Shown: piece by piece, positions 47,337 through 57,209 of the stretch
Layout: every line of letters starts with the position of its first letter
How positions within the stretch are numbered: position 1 is the stretch's first letter
DNA from: Anaerolineales bacterium
Lineage (GTDB): Bacteria; Chloroflexota; Anaerolineae; Anaerolineales; UBA11579
Length of the DNA: 64,000 nucleotides
Assembly: GCA_963676155.2 (NCBI GenBank)
Contig: CAXXOS010000003.1
Span: 18,414-82,413, forward strand
Direction: 5' to 3'
Made by a program: the position numbers and the translations under genes
The notes under the pieces: generated by a model
The model's input: only the letters and a program-made list of their open reading frames with translations
What the model was told of the DNA's origin: nothing
Databases searched by the model: none

Positions 47337-48344
47337 ATGGCAGATCAAACAAAGAAAATAAATAAGCGATACTTAATCATACTTTTGATTTTGGTATTTC
47401 TTGTATTTATTCTTGGGGTGCTATTTGGACGATATCCTAAACTAGGCTTGATGTCGTTCAGAACAATTCTAGAGGACCCAATCGCACAATCACTAGTGCT
47501 CCGTTTGCGATTACCTAGAATGATTACTGCTTTATTAGTTGGTATGACTTTGGCAGGAGCAGGTCTTGCCATGCAGATGCTTTTTTCGAATCCTTTAGTG
47601 GAACCTGGATTCCTGGGTGTTTCTCAAGGAGCAGCTTTTGGCGCTGCTTTAGCAATTGTTTTTGTATCCAATATGGCTTGGGTAGTTCAAGGATTTTCAA
47701 TGTTTTTTGCATTGGTAGGTATGTTTACTTCTTATCTTTTAGCAGAAAAATTTCGTCTAGGTAGTTGGGTGTTGAAATTAGTGATGGCGGGAATGATTAT
47801 CTCTGCGTTTTTCTCCTCAGGTGTGGGGATAATGAAGTTCGTGGCTGATCCAACCAATCAATTACAGGAAATTACTTTTTGGTTATTAGGAAGCTTATCA
47901 AGTATTACTTGGGATCGATTATTAAGTATTATTGTTCCTGTTTTGTTAGGATTGATTGTGCTTTTTTTGTTGCGTTGGCGACTGAATGTACTTTCCTTGG
48001 AAGATCGCGTTGCTTTTTCATTAGGGGTTCATCCAACTGTGGAAAGAGTCATTCTCTTGGTGGCAGCCATCATCCCTGTTGCGGCCACGGTCTCGATAAG
48101 TGGGATTGTTGGTTGGGTAGGGCTTCTTATTCCTCATGTGACTCGTCAAATTTTTGGTGTTAATGCCCAATATTCATTGCCTGCCTCCATGTTATTAGGG
48201 GGTATTTTTGTGATGATTGCCGATACAATCTCTCGAGCGGCTTTTGCATCTGAAGTGCCATTAGGAATTTTGACTTCTCTATTTGGTGCTATGCTTTTTA
48301 CTGTTGTTTTGATTCGTCGTAAAACTTCGATGGAGATTTCATAA
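47337..48344 (+). CDS. FecCD/BtuC-family ABC permease
   Basis: 335 aa with RLPRMITALLVGMTLAGAGLAMQ and the GIVGWVGLLIPH motif. Confidence 0.9.
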   Translation: MADQTKKINKRYLIILLILVFLVFILGVLFGRYPKLGLMSFRTILEDPIAQSLVLRLRLPRMITALLVGMTLAGAGLAMQMLFSNPLVEPGFLGVSQGAAFGAALAIVFVSNMAWVVQGFSMFFALVGMFTSYLLAEKFRLGSWVLKLVMAGMIISAFFSSGVGIMKFVADPTNQLQEITFWLLGSLSSITWDRLLSIIVPVLLGLIVLFLLRWRLNVLSLEDRVAFSLGVHPTVERVILLVAAIIPVAATVSISGIVGWVGLLIPHVTRQIFGVNAQYSLPASMLLGGIFVMIADTISRAAFASEVPLGILTSLFGAMLFTVVLIRRKTSMEIS

Positions 48345-49130
48345 ATGTTTGAATCAAAGAAAAATTCACTCATTTCATTTCAAAAAGTCTTTTTTGGATA
48401 TCCAAATTCAAATCAAGAAGTGATTCATGATTTTTCTTTTGAAATTCATAAAGGAGATGTCGTTGCAATCTTAGGCCCAAATGGCGCTGGGAAAACCACT
48501 TTATTAAATTTGACTTTAGGTTTATTAGTACCTAAAAATGGTGAGATTCAACTTTCTGGAGAATCCATTGCTGATATTCATAGAAGGAATGTGGGGAAAA
48601 AAATTGCGTTTGTTCCTCAAACAGAAATGGTGAATTTTGAGTTCACTGTTCGAGAATTTTTATTATTAGGTCGGACGCCATACTTAGGATTTCTGGCAAC
48701 ACCCACTAAACGAGATTTGTTTTATGTAGAAAACGCTTTAGAAAAAACAGGTATCAAGCATTTAGAAAATAAATATGTTACTACCCTCAGTGGAGGAGAA
48801 TTTCAGCTCGTTTTAGTGGCACGAGCATTAACGCAAGACCCACAAATATTATTATTGGATGAACCGACTTCGCATTTAGATCTTGCGAATAAATCTCAAT
48901 TGGTAAAGATAATTCGAGAATTGAAAAAAGATGGTATTACATCAATACTTACCACTCACGATCCGCAATTGGCACAACGTTTAGCAAGCAAAGTAATTTT
49001 AATGAAAAAAGGAAATATTTATAAGTTTGGTCTTCCAAAAGATGTTTTGACCACTAAAGATTTATCTTTTACTTATGATGTGCCTGTTGAAGTGAAACAT
49101 GTGGAGGAACAATTACTTTTCCTTTGGTGA
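48345..49130 (+). CDS. ABC-transporter ATP-binding protein (FepC/BtuD-like)
   Basis: Walker A GPNGAGKTT, signature LSGGEFQ and Walker B LLLDEPTSHLD. Confidence 0.9.
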   Translation: MFESKKNSLISFQKVFFGYPNSNQEVIHDFSFEIHKGDVVAILGPNGAGKTTLLNLTLGLLVPKNGEIQLSGESIADIHRRNVGKKIAFVPQTEMVNFEFTVREFLLLGRTPYLGFLATPTKRDLFYVENALEKTGIKHLENKYVTTLSGGEFQLVLVARALTQDPQILLLDEPTSHLDLANKSQLVKIIRELKKDGITSILTTHDPQLAQRLASKVILMKKGNIYKFGLPKDVLTTKDLSFTYDVPVEVKHVEEQLLFLW

Positions 49131-49192
49131 TTTTTCTATTATTTCATTAAGGTTGATATAATTAGCTCAATCAAACTCGCAAGGTAGCCTTA

Positions 49193-50395
49193 ATGAAAAA
49201 CTCAATTTTCTCTAAAATTAAAAGCTTCATTCTCTCTATTAGTTTATATGTTTTATTAATTTTTGGAATAACTGCATTTCTATTACTATCTCAAAAAGCA
49301 ATTTTATATAGTTTAAATAATCAAACTAATGCGCTTTTTTATCAAGGGATTTCTACCTTTTCCGGCAAGGGAAGTGACGGAGATACACTTGAAGAAATCA
49401 CTAAAGAAAAATGGTGGCGTACTTTTTTTACATCTCCAAATGCAATTGTAATTGAAGATGAAAATGATGTTGCGCATGGGTTTATTGATCTTATCAACCA
49501 TTCTCAAGAGACAATTTATATCGCAGGATTTGAAGCAGATTATTTACCTATTGCAACTGCTTTAGTAAATGCTTCACAAAGAGGTATAGAAGTGATCTGG
49601 ATTACGGATGATGAGTATGGTATTGAAGCGGATTTGGTTGATGAAAATTATTTTTTTAAAATATTACAAGATGCAAATATAACAGTATTGGATGATCAAC
49701 GTTCTGCATTAATGCACAATAAATTCGCAATTTTTGACCATTCAATAGTTTGGACAGGATCCACAAATTTTACATACAATGGATTTACGCGAAATAATAA
49801 CAATGCGATTTGGATAAACGATAAGACAGTCGCGGAGATTTTTGAAAATGAATTCAATGAGATGTTAAGTGGAAATTTTGGACCTTCCTCTCCATCGTTC
49901 CAATATAAACAATTAACAAAAGTGGATAGCAGCAGAATTATTATCCTGTTCGGTTCAGAAGATAGCACAATCAATGAAATAAATTATTATTTGAATAATG
50001 CGAAACAAAATATTGTGATGATGACTTTTTCTTTTACACATGATGATATGGGAGACATGCTCATTGAAAAAATCAATCAAGGTGTTACGGTGGCGACTAT
50101 ATTTGAAAAAAGAGGAAGTATGACTGAATATAGTGAACTACCGCGACTTTATTGTGCAGGAGCCCATGTGCGTCAGGATGCAAATCCCGGTTCTATGCAT
50201 CATAAGGTGATTATTATTGATGGGGAAATTGTAATCACGGGTTCTCTAAATTTTACACAAAATGCTACGAAGAAAAATGATGAGAATGTTGTTATTATCT
50301 ATGATCCACAAATTGCAGAATCCTATATTCATGAATTTGAACGATTATGGTACGAGTCTGTTCTTCCACCAGTGATTGAATGCAATTCGAATTGA
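49193..50395 (+). CDS. Membrane-anchored phospholipase-D-superfamily protein with two HKD motifs
   Basis: N-terminal TM helix, then HNKFAIFDHSIVWTGSTNFT and HHKVIIIDGEIVITGSLNFT. Confidence 0.8.
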   Translation: MKNSIFSKIKSFILSISLYVLLIFGITAFLLLSQKAILYSLNNQTNALFYQGISTFSGKGSDGDTLEEITKEKWWRTFFTSPNAIVIEDENDVAHGFIDLINHSQETIYIAGFEADYLPIATALVNASQRGIEVIWITDDEYGIEADLVDENYFFKILQDANITVLDDQRSALMHNKFAIFDHSIVWTGSTNFTYNGFTRNNNNAIWINDKTVAEIFENEFNEMLSGNFGPSSPSFQYKQLTKVDSSRIIILFGSEDSTINEINYYLNNAKQNIVMMTFSFTHDDMGDMLIEKINQGVTVATIFEKRGSMTEYSELPRLYCAGAHVRQDANPGSMHHKVIIIDGEIVITGSLNFTQNATKKNDENVVIIYDPQIAESYIHEFERLWYESVLPPVIECNSN

Positions 50396-50411
50396 AGCTA
50401 TAATAAAGCGT

Positions 50412-51206
50412 ATGGATATAACAAGTCGATCAAACTCAAAAATTAAATTGGTTAGGTCTCTGCGCCAAAGAAAGTATCGCGAACAAGAACAAGCTTTTTT
50501 AGTTGAAGGGATTCGTCAAGTGGGGGAAGCCTATTCATCTGGTGCAAAAATCAAATTTGTTTTATATGATCCTGAAAATTTAAATTCAGATTATGAAAAA
50601 GAACTAATCCAAAATATCAAAACATCTGGTATACCAAATTTTTCCACTCTATCAGACATTATGTTGTCCATTGGTGAAAAAAAACATAGCAGCCGTATGA
50701 TTGCAGTTGTAGAGAATAATATTCATACACTCAATGATTTTGAACCTGATCAATATAATTGGATTGTAGCCTTGGATGCTCCTCAAGATCCAGGAAATGT
50801 CGGAACAATTTTACGAACAATCGATGCGGTGGGTGCTGATGCATTGGTGTTATTAGGTAATCATGTAGACCCCACACATCCATCTGCAATTAGAGCTAGT
50901 ATGGGAGTGGTGTTTCAAATTCCTGTTTTTTCAGGAGATTTTGATAATTTTGCAAAAAAAATCAAGCCTACTTTTTCAATAATTGGTACTTCAGCAAAAG
51001 CAAAAGAATTTGTAATCAATGCCAAATTTCCAGACAAAGTTGTTTTGTTGATGGGGAGTGAAAGAGAAGGGCTTACAATTACCCAAAAAGAAATTTGCGA
51101 CCAATTCATTAAATTACCCATGGAAGGTACCGCATCTTCATTAAATTTAAGTGTTGCAACAGGTGTGATCTTATATCAGATGTATCATCAAAGGCATGGA
51201 AAATAG
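50412..51206 (+). CDS. SpoU/TrmH-family RNA 2'-O-methyltransferase
   Basis: SPOUT motifs DPGNVGTILRT, LLMGSEREGLT and IPMEGTASSLNLSVATGVILYQ. The ATG at 50412 is preferred. The track TTG at 50376 overlaps the PLD gene. Confidence 0.85.
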   Translation: MDITSRSNSKIKLVRSLRQRKYREQEQAFLVEGIRQVGEAYSSGAKIKFVLYDPENLNSDYEKELIQNIKTSGIPNFSTLSDIMLSIGEKKHSSRMIAVVENNIHTLNDFEPDQYNWIVALDAPQDPGNVGTILRTIDAVGADALVLLGNHVDPTHPSAIRASMGVVFQIPVFSGDFDNFAKKIKPTFSIIGTSAKAKEFVINAKFPDKVVLLMGSEREGLTITQKEICDQFIKLPMEGTASSLNLSVATGVILYQMYHQRHGK

Positions 51207-51821
51207 ATGGTAAGAACAACAAATTATCGTGAAGCCTTTCGATATGCTCGGGCAACTTTACGTGAAAAATTAGATTCTCGTTTGGTATATCATAATGTCA
51301 ATCATACTGAAAATGATGTTGTGTTTTCAGTAATGCGTATGTGTGAATTGATTGATCTTAGTACGGAAAAAAGGAAATTACTGATTACAGCGGCATGGTT
51401 TCATGATATAGGATATATTGAAAAGAGAGTTGGACACGAAAAAATTGGTGTTGATCTGGCTAAGAAAAAACTGCCTGATTTTGGATTTTCTGACAAACAA
51501 ATTCAACAAATTGTTTCGATGATTAATGCGACAAAAATTCCTCAATCTCCTAAAAATCTAATGAGTAAAATTCTTGCAGATGCAGATTTAGATAATTTGG
51601 GCCGAAAAGATTTTTTTAAATTATCAAAAAGATTATTACAAGAATTGAATAACTTTGGAGAAAATTATTCAGAAGCGGAATGGTGGGAAAATCAATTAGA
51701 ATTTTTAAAAAACCACACCTATTTTACAACAGAAGCAAAAATGATCCGTGAACAAAAACAAAAAGAGAATATTCTTTTATTGGAAAAGATGCTCGCAGAA
51801 AAAAACTACCAAATCACATAA
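51207..51821 (+). CDS. HD-domain phosphohydrolase (small, 204 aa)
   Basis: YHNVNHT, AAWFHDIGY (the HD motif) and ADADLDNLG. Confidence 0.7.
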   Translation: MVRTTNYREAFRYARATLREKLDSRLVYHNVNHTENDVVFSVMRMCELIDLSTEKRKLLITAAWFHDIGYIEKRVGHEKIGVDLAKKKLPDFGFSDKQIQQIVSMINATKIPQSPKNLMSKILADADLDNLGRKDFFKLSKRLLQELNNFGENYSEAEWWENQLEFLKNHTYFTTEAKMIREQKQKENILLLEKMLAEKNYQIT

Positions 51822-51923
51822 TAAAGATAAAATTAAAAGACTTATTTTTTAAGTAAAAACTTTTATAATAAGTCACGCATGGTATAATATCGTGTTTGAA
51901 TTTATCGAATTTAGGAGAGCATT

Positions 51924-52973
51924 TTGGCTTTTAACCCCATTAACTGGTTCTTAGGGCTATTTTCATTAGACATAGGCATTGACCTTGGAACAGCTAACAC
52001 ACTCGTACATGTGCGCAATAAAGGGATTGTGATAAATGAGCCCTCTTTTGTTGTGATTGACAAAAGAACACATGCACCGTTCCGAGTGGGTGCTGAAGCA
52101 AAAGCAATGGTAGGACGTGTCCCCGGTAAATATATGACCGTACGTCCTCTTCAAGATGGTGTGATTTCAGAATTTGAAATTACTGCCGAAATGTTAGACC
52201 ATTTTATCTCCCGTGCCCACCAGCAAAGTATGGTTCCATTACCTCGTCCTCGTGTAGTGATTGGGGTGCCTTCAGGTGTGACAGAAGTTGAAAAAAGAGC
52301 TGTTTATAATGCGGCTGTTTTGGCTGGTGCTAGAGAAGTGTATTTGATTCCCGAACCAACTGCATCTGCTATTGCTGTGGGATTGCCAGTTTTCGAAATT
52401 GGCGGTTCAATGATCGTCGATATCGGTGGTGGCACAACAGAAATAACAGTTTTCTCTGGTGGGGGAGTAGTGACAAGTCGTTCGTTACGTGTTGCTGGAG
52501 ATGAATTAGACCAAGATATTTATCTCTATATGCGCGATAAATATAATCTCCATATTGGAGATCGTACTGCTGAACAAATTAAGATTACTTTAGGTTCAGC
52601 ATTTCCTCTATCAGAAGAAAAAACTATGGATGTTAGAGGCAAGAATTTAATCACAGGTCTTCCAGAAACAATTGAAGTTTCTTCAATTGAAATCAGAGAT
52701 GCAATTTCTGGTTCTGTGGATGTAATTTTACAAACAATCAAGGATGTTCTGGATGAAGTTCAACCTGAAATCATTTCAGACTTGATGGATATTGGCATTT
52801 GTTTAGCCGGTGGTGGCTCTCTTTTAGGTGGGCTTGCTGATCGTGTCGAACATGATGTGCGCATCAAAGCTTGGGTTGCCGAAGACCCGATGACATGTGT
52901 GGCACGTGGTGCTGGTAAGGCGCTCGAAAATCTCTCCAAATATGCCGGCTTGATGATGCCGTTGGAGAACTAA
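51924..52973 (+). CDS. mreB: Rod-shape-determining actin homologue MreB
   Basis: DIGIDLGTANTLV, the actin-fold phosphate motifs and DIGGGTTE. The TTG start lies 6 nt after GGAG. Confidence 0.95.
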   Translation: MAFNPINWFLGLFSLDIGIDLGTANTLVHVRNKGIVINEPSFVVIDKRTHAPFRVGAEAKAMVGRVPGKYMTVRPLQDGVISEFEITAEMLDHFISRAHQQSMVPLPRPRVVIGVPSGVTEVEKRAVYNAAVLAGAREVYLIPEPTASAIAVGLPVFEIGGSMIVDIGGGTTEITVFSGGGVVTSRSLRVAGDELDQDIYLYMRDKYNLHIGDRTAEQIKITLGSAFPLSEEKTMDVRGKNLITGLPETIEVSSIEIRDAISGSVDVILQTIKDVLDEVQPEIISDLMDIGICLAGGGSLLGGLADRVEHDVRIKAWVAEDPMTCVARGAGKALENLSKYAGLMMPLEN

Positions 52974-52977
52974 AAAT

Positions 52978-53823
52978 TTGGATCTTTTTTCACTTAAAAA
53001 TTGGCAAAAAATTGTAATTATTCTTTTATTGCTAGGTGTTTTGATGTTGGCTATTGGGGGTTATCTTCAACCTGTAATTAAAACTGCGCTAAATCCCGTC
53101 GTTAAAGTTCAAGAATGGTTTTATGATCGTTATCAAGGTATTCGAGTGATGTTGAATGCTTCTAGTGACTTGGTCATGTTGCAACAGCAGAATTCTGAAT
53201 TGGAACAAGAGAATGCGACCTTAAGATCTCAAATAGTCGCCTATCAACAACAAGTGACAGAAGTTGAAATTCTCTCTGCTCTATTAGATTTTGCAAGAGC
53301 ACAACCCCAAAATGAATATCAAGCAGCAGCTGTGATTGGACAAGACCCAAGTCCTTTTTTACAGTACGTGATTATAAATCGCGGTTCTGATGATGGATTG
53401 CGCCGTGGAATGCCTGTTGTTTCAAACAAAGGATTGGTTGGCAGAATTGATGCTGTGACGGCAAATGCAGCTCGTGTGCAATTAATCAATGATGCTGATT
53501 CTGCAATTAATGTAAATATTCAGCCTTCAGACGACACTGGAATTTTGGTTGGTGGATTAAATGGTGAAATCACAATTGAAAAGGTTCCCCAAAATGCTCA
53601 AATCAAACCAGGGGATACGGTTCTAACTTCCGGCATGGGAGGGGCTTACCCAGCGAATATTTTGATTGGAACAGTGTCCGGTGTGCAAGAGCAGCCATCA
53701 GATCTTTTTCAAACTGCCACTGTGCAACCATTTGTCGATTTTTCACAATTAGAAATTTTATTAGTGATTAAGAATTTTCAATCAATTGATGTAACCGATT
53801 TGATTCCAAATGAAACGGAGTGA
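52978..53823 (+). CDS. mreC: Rod-shape-determining protein MreC
   Basis: N-terminal TM helix, a coiled-coil and a C-terminal beta domain (GMPVVSNKGLVGRI ... GDTVLTSGMGGAYPANILIG). It lies between mreB and mreD. Confidence 0.9.
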   Translation: MDLFSLKNWQKIVIILLLLGVLMLAIGGYLQPVIKTALNPVVKVQEWFYDRYQGIRVMLNASSDLVMLQQQNSELEQENATLRSQIVAYQQQVTEVEILSALLDFARAQPQNEYQAAAVIGQDPSPFLQYVIINRGSDDGLRRGMPVVSNKGLVGRIDAVTANAARVQLINDADSAINVNIQPSDDTGILVGGLNGEITIEKVPQNAQIKPGDTVLTSGMGGAYPANILIGTVSGVQEQPSDLFQTATVQPFVDFSQLEILLVIKNFQSIDVTDLIPNETE

Positions 53824-53825
53824 TC

Positions 53826-54329
53826 ATGGCAATTTTGCTTGTTTCTATGATTTTCCTTTTTGCATTAATCTTGCAAGTTGGAATCATTTCAGATATTCAT
53901 TTAATTCAAGGTACTGCTGATCTGGTCCTATTGATTTATATTGCTTGGTCAATCAATAAAAGAACAAAAAATAATTTGGAATTAGCATTAATTGCTGGTA
54001 TGTTGATGAGTTTTGTGACAGCCATTCCATATTATATTGTGATTCCAGCCTACGTGGCAGTTTTTTTTCTAAATAGAGTTATTATCTTAAAATTTTTTGA
54101 TATTTCCATCTTAAAGACTGCAATTTCTATTCTAATCTCAACCTTAGGTTATCTCGGGCTTTCTTATGTATATTTATGGATAATGAAAGGTACGACTATC
54201 TCAATTCAAGATGCATTTGGGATGGTGATTGTGCCTTCAATGCTATTGAATATAGCATTCTCATTACCTGTTTTTGCGGTTATGCGTGAAGTGATTGCAA
54301 TTCTTTATCCAGAATATGAAGAGGCATAA
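53826..54329 (+). CDS. mreD: Rod-shape-determining protein MreD
   Basis: A small 5-TM protein directly after mreC. The ATG at 53826 lies 5 nt after GGAG. The GTG at 53820 in the track is an alternative start. Confidence 0.75.
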   Translation: MAILLVSMIFLFALILQVGIISDIHLIQGTADLVLLIYIAWSINKRTKNNLELALIAGMLMSFVTAIPYYIVIPAYVAVFFLNRVIILKFFDISILKTAISILISTLGYLGLSYVYLWIMKGTTISIQDAFGMVIVPSMLLNIAFSLPVFAVMREVIAILYPEYEEA

Positions 54330-54331
54330 TA

Positions 54332-56434
54332 ATGACAATTCAAGAAATCCATGAGAAAAAAGACACAATTCAAAATTGGCGAGTCAATTTCTTCTTGGGG
54401 ATTATAGGTCTTGCATTTATAATTTTCATAGGGAAATTATTTTATATACAGATTTTAAATGGGGAAACTTACCAAGCACAAGCGGAAGAAAATCGGATTT
54501 CTGAAGTGAGTGTTGCTACCCAGCGTGGAGTGATATATGACAGAAATGGGATTGTCTTAGCGCAAAACACTGCTTCATATAATATCGCTGTCACCCCCGC
54601 AGGTTTACCAGAAGATGAAGCTGAAAAGCAAGCAATTTTTCGAGAGTTATCAGACCTAACTGGGTTACCTGTACATAAAGGAGATGTTGAAGTAGATCCT
54701 TTAATTAATTGTGGCACCAACTTAGGTATTTCTGAAATGATTGAGATTGGTCTCTCATTTCAACCTTACAGTGCAGTTTTAGTGCAATGTGGTGTGGATG
54801 TTGAATTGGCCTTGATTATTGAAGAACGTGCTATTGATATGCCCGGGGTTTCAATTGAAACAGAACCTATGCGGGAATATCCGATTGGTGAAAGTGTATC
54901 AAGTTTGATCGGTTTTTTGGGGCCAATCCCTGAAGCTCAGGAAGATTTATATGTAGATGAAGGGTTTGTTGCAAATCGTGACAAAGTTGGGTATGCAGGT
55001 TTAGAACTCTATTTTGATGAGGAATTAAGGGGAGTACCAGGGAAACGAGTGGTAGAAGTTGATGTCGGTGGTTTAGTTACCAGAGATATTGAAAAACAAG
55101 TGGTACCAAAACCCGGAGAAAATCTCGTACTCACAATAGATGTGCGTTTTCAAGAAGCAGTTTATGAAATTTTGAAGGACGAAATCAAACTCTGGAATGA
55201 TTGGTTAGGTAAAAATGAATATACAAGTGGGGTGGTCGTTGCATTGAATCCAAAAACAGGTGAAGTTCTGGCGATGGTCAATTGGCCTACTTATGAAAAT
55301 AATCGTATGGCAAGTTTTATACCTGCATATTATTATGAACAACTTTCGGTAGATTCCACAAAACCTTTGGTTAATCATGCTGTTGGTTCAGAAGTTCCAG
55401 CTGGTTCAGTTTTTAAATTGGTTACAGCTGTGGGTTCGCTTAATGAAGGTGTAATTACTCCAGAAACCATCGTTGAAACCCCTGGTACTTTGGTAGTGGA
55501 ACAAAAATTTTATGAGGGAGAATCAAGCAATCTTACAATTGAGTACGTTGACTGGAATCGTGCAGGTTTTGGGTCATTAAATGTGGAAGGCGCAATTCAA
55601 AACTCAAGTAATGTATTTTTCTATAAAGTTGGGGGAGGCTTTGAAGACGAAATTCCAGAAGGTTTAGGAATATGTCGTTTAGGTGAATACGCCCGTGCAT
55701 TAGGATATGGAGATTATACTGGTGTTGAGTTATTGGAAGACGGAGATGGTCTCATTCCGAATCCTACATGGAAACGTATCAACCAAGGAGAAAACTGGGC
55801 GACAGGTGACACATATCTTGCTTCCGTTGGACAAGGGTATATTATTGTAACCCCTTTGCAAGTTGTGATGTCTGCATCAACGATTGCAAATGATGGGAAA
55901 TTAATGCAGCCCACATTGCTCTATCAAATACAAGATAGCGAAGGAAATGTAATTCAAGATTTTAGTTCTACAATGAAATGGGATATTACTGATCCTGAGA
56001 CTCCAATGATTACCAAATTTGAAAATCCTTCAGGTATTGGTAGTTGTAAACCACTTGTAGATGAAGCTGGTAATGATGTTAAAGTGAGCGTTGATAGCAA
56101 ATATATTGATGTGGTTCAACAGGGAATGCGAATGGCAGTTCTAGATGGTACATTAGCTGATATTTTTGAAAATTCAAATATTTCAGCAGCAGGCAAAACA
56201 GGAACCGCAGAATATTGTGATGATGTTGCAAGCGCTTTAGGGAAGTGTAATTATGGTGCTTGGCCCTCACATGCTTGGACTCTTGCTTATGCCCCATATG
56301 AAGATCCAGAAATTGCAGTGGTTGCTTTTGTCTATAATGGTACAGAAGGTTCCACTGTCGCTGGCCCTATTGTAGAAAAAGTGCTTCGAGCCTATTTTAA
56401 TCTAAAAGAAGTCGATAGTAATATTGGTAATTAA
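54332..56434 (+). CDS. mrdA: Class B penicillin-binding protein 2 (elongasome transpeptidase)
   Basis: 700 aa with an N-terminal TM helix, a dimerisation domain, and SxxK (GSVFK), SxN (SSN) and KTGTA motifs. Confidence 0.9.
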   Translation: MTIQEIHEKKDTIQNWRVNFFLGIIGLAFIIFIGKLFYIQILNGETYQAQAEENRISEVSVATQRGVIYDRNGIVLAQNTASYNIAVTPAGLPEDEAEKQAIFRELSDLTGLPVHKGDVEVDPLINCGTNLGISEMIEIGLSFQPYSAVLVQCGVDVELALIIEERAIDMPGVSIETEPMREYPIGESVSSLIGFLGPIPEAQEDLYVDEGFVANRDKVGYAGLELYFDEELRGVPGKRVVEVDVGGLVTRDIEKQVVPKPGENLVLTIDVRFQEAVYEILKDEIKLWNDWLGKNEYTSGVVVALNPKTGEVLAMVNWPTYENNRMASFIPAYYYEQLSVDSTKPLVNHAVGSEVPAGSVFKLVTAVGSLNEGVITPETIVETPGTLVVEQKFYEGESSNLTIEYVDWNRAGFGSLNVEGAIQNSSNVFFYKVGGGFEDEIPEGLGICRLGEYARALGYGDYTGVELLEDGDGLIPNPTWKRINQGENWATGDTYLASVGQGYIIVTPLQVVMSASTIANDGKLMQPTLLYQIQDSEGNVIQDFSSTMKWDITDPETPMITKFENPSGIGSCKPLVDEAGNDVKVSVDSKYIDVVQQGMRMAVLDGTLADIFENSNISAAGKTGTAEYCDDVASALGKCNYGAWPSHAWTLAYAPYEDPEIAVVAFVYNGTEGSTVAGPIVEKVLRAYFNLKEVDSNIGN

Positions 56435-56510
56435 TCTTAAGTCAAAAATTACCTTCTTCATCCTTTTTGTGATGAATTGAACATGCTATAATACACATGG
56501 AATAAAAGCT

Positions 56511-57191
56511 ATGGGAAATACTAATTTTGAAATCAAAGGCACTTCAGAAGGATTATTGATTACAATTAATGTATCTGATTGGAAGGATGGAAAAAATATC
56601 CTATTTTCAGAGATTGAAAATCAATCTGATTTTTTATCTGGTGCTGAGATATTCTTAGACGTAAAATCTCAAGTGATTAATGCACTTTCTATGGGCAAGC
56701 TTATTGAACAATTAGAAGATAAAGGGCTCAAACTTTTGGGTGTTCTTTCAGATTCATATAAAACTGAACGATCTGCTTTGTCATATGGGTTAAGAACAAC
56801 GTTAGAAAAACGCAGATCCATTTCAAATTATCAGGCACTTGCGCAAACTCTCTCTACCGAGAAACAGAAGACTGTTTTTTTAAGGCAAACACTACGGTCG
56901 GGATCTATTGTTGAAGCAACAGGAGATGTTACTGTATTAGGCGACGTAAATCCGGGTGCAACGATAATCTCAGCAGGAAACATTGTGGTTTGGGGCAAAC
57001 TTCGAGGAAATGTACATGCTGGATCTGAAGGTAATCAAGAAATGGTTATTTGTGCTTTAGAATTCAATACAGAGCAAGCGCGGATTGCAGGGAAGTTGAT
57101 CGAACTTCCTAAAAAGAGAAAAAAATTACAACCGGAAATAGCAAGCATTGTCGATAATAATACAATTCTCCAAATTTGGAAATCAAAATAG
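56511..57191 (+). CDS. minC: Septum site-determining protein MinC
   Basis: C-terminal beta-helix (GDVNPGATIISAGNIVVWGKLRGNVHAG), located upstream of minD. Confidence 0.85.
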   Translation: MGNTNFEIKGTSEGLLITINVSDWKDGKNILFSEIENQSDFLSGAEIFLDVKSQVINALSMGKLIEQLEDKGLKLLGVLSDSYKTERSALSYGLRTTLEKRRSISNYQALAQTLSTEKQKTVFLRQTLRSGSIVEATGDVTVLGDVNPGATIISAGNIVVWGKLRGNVHAGSEGNQEMVICALEFNTEQARIAGKLIELPKKRKKLQPEIASIVDNNTILQIWKSK

Positions 57192-57209
57192 ACTTTAGAA
57201 GGATTAATT

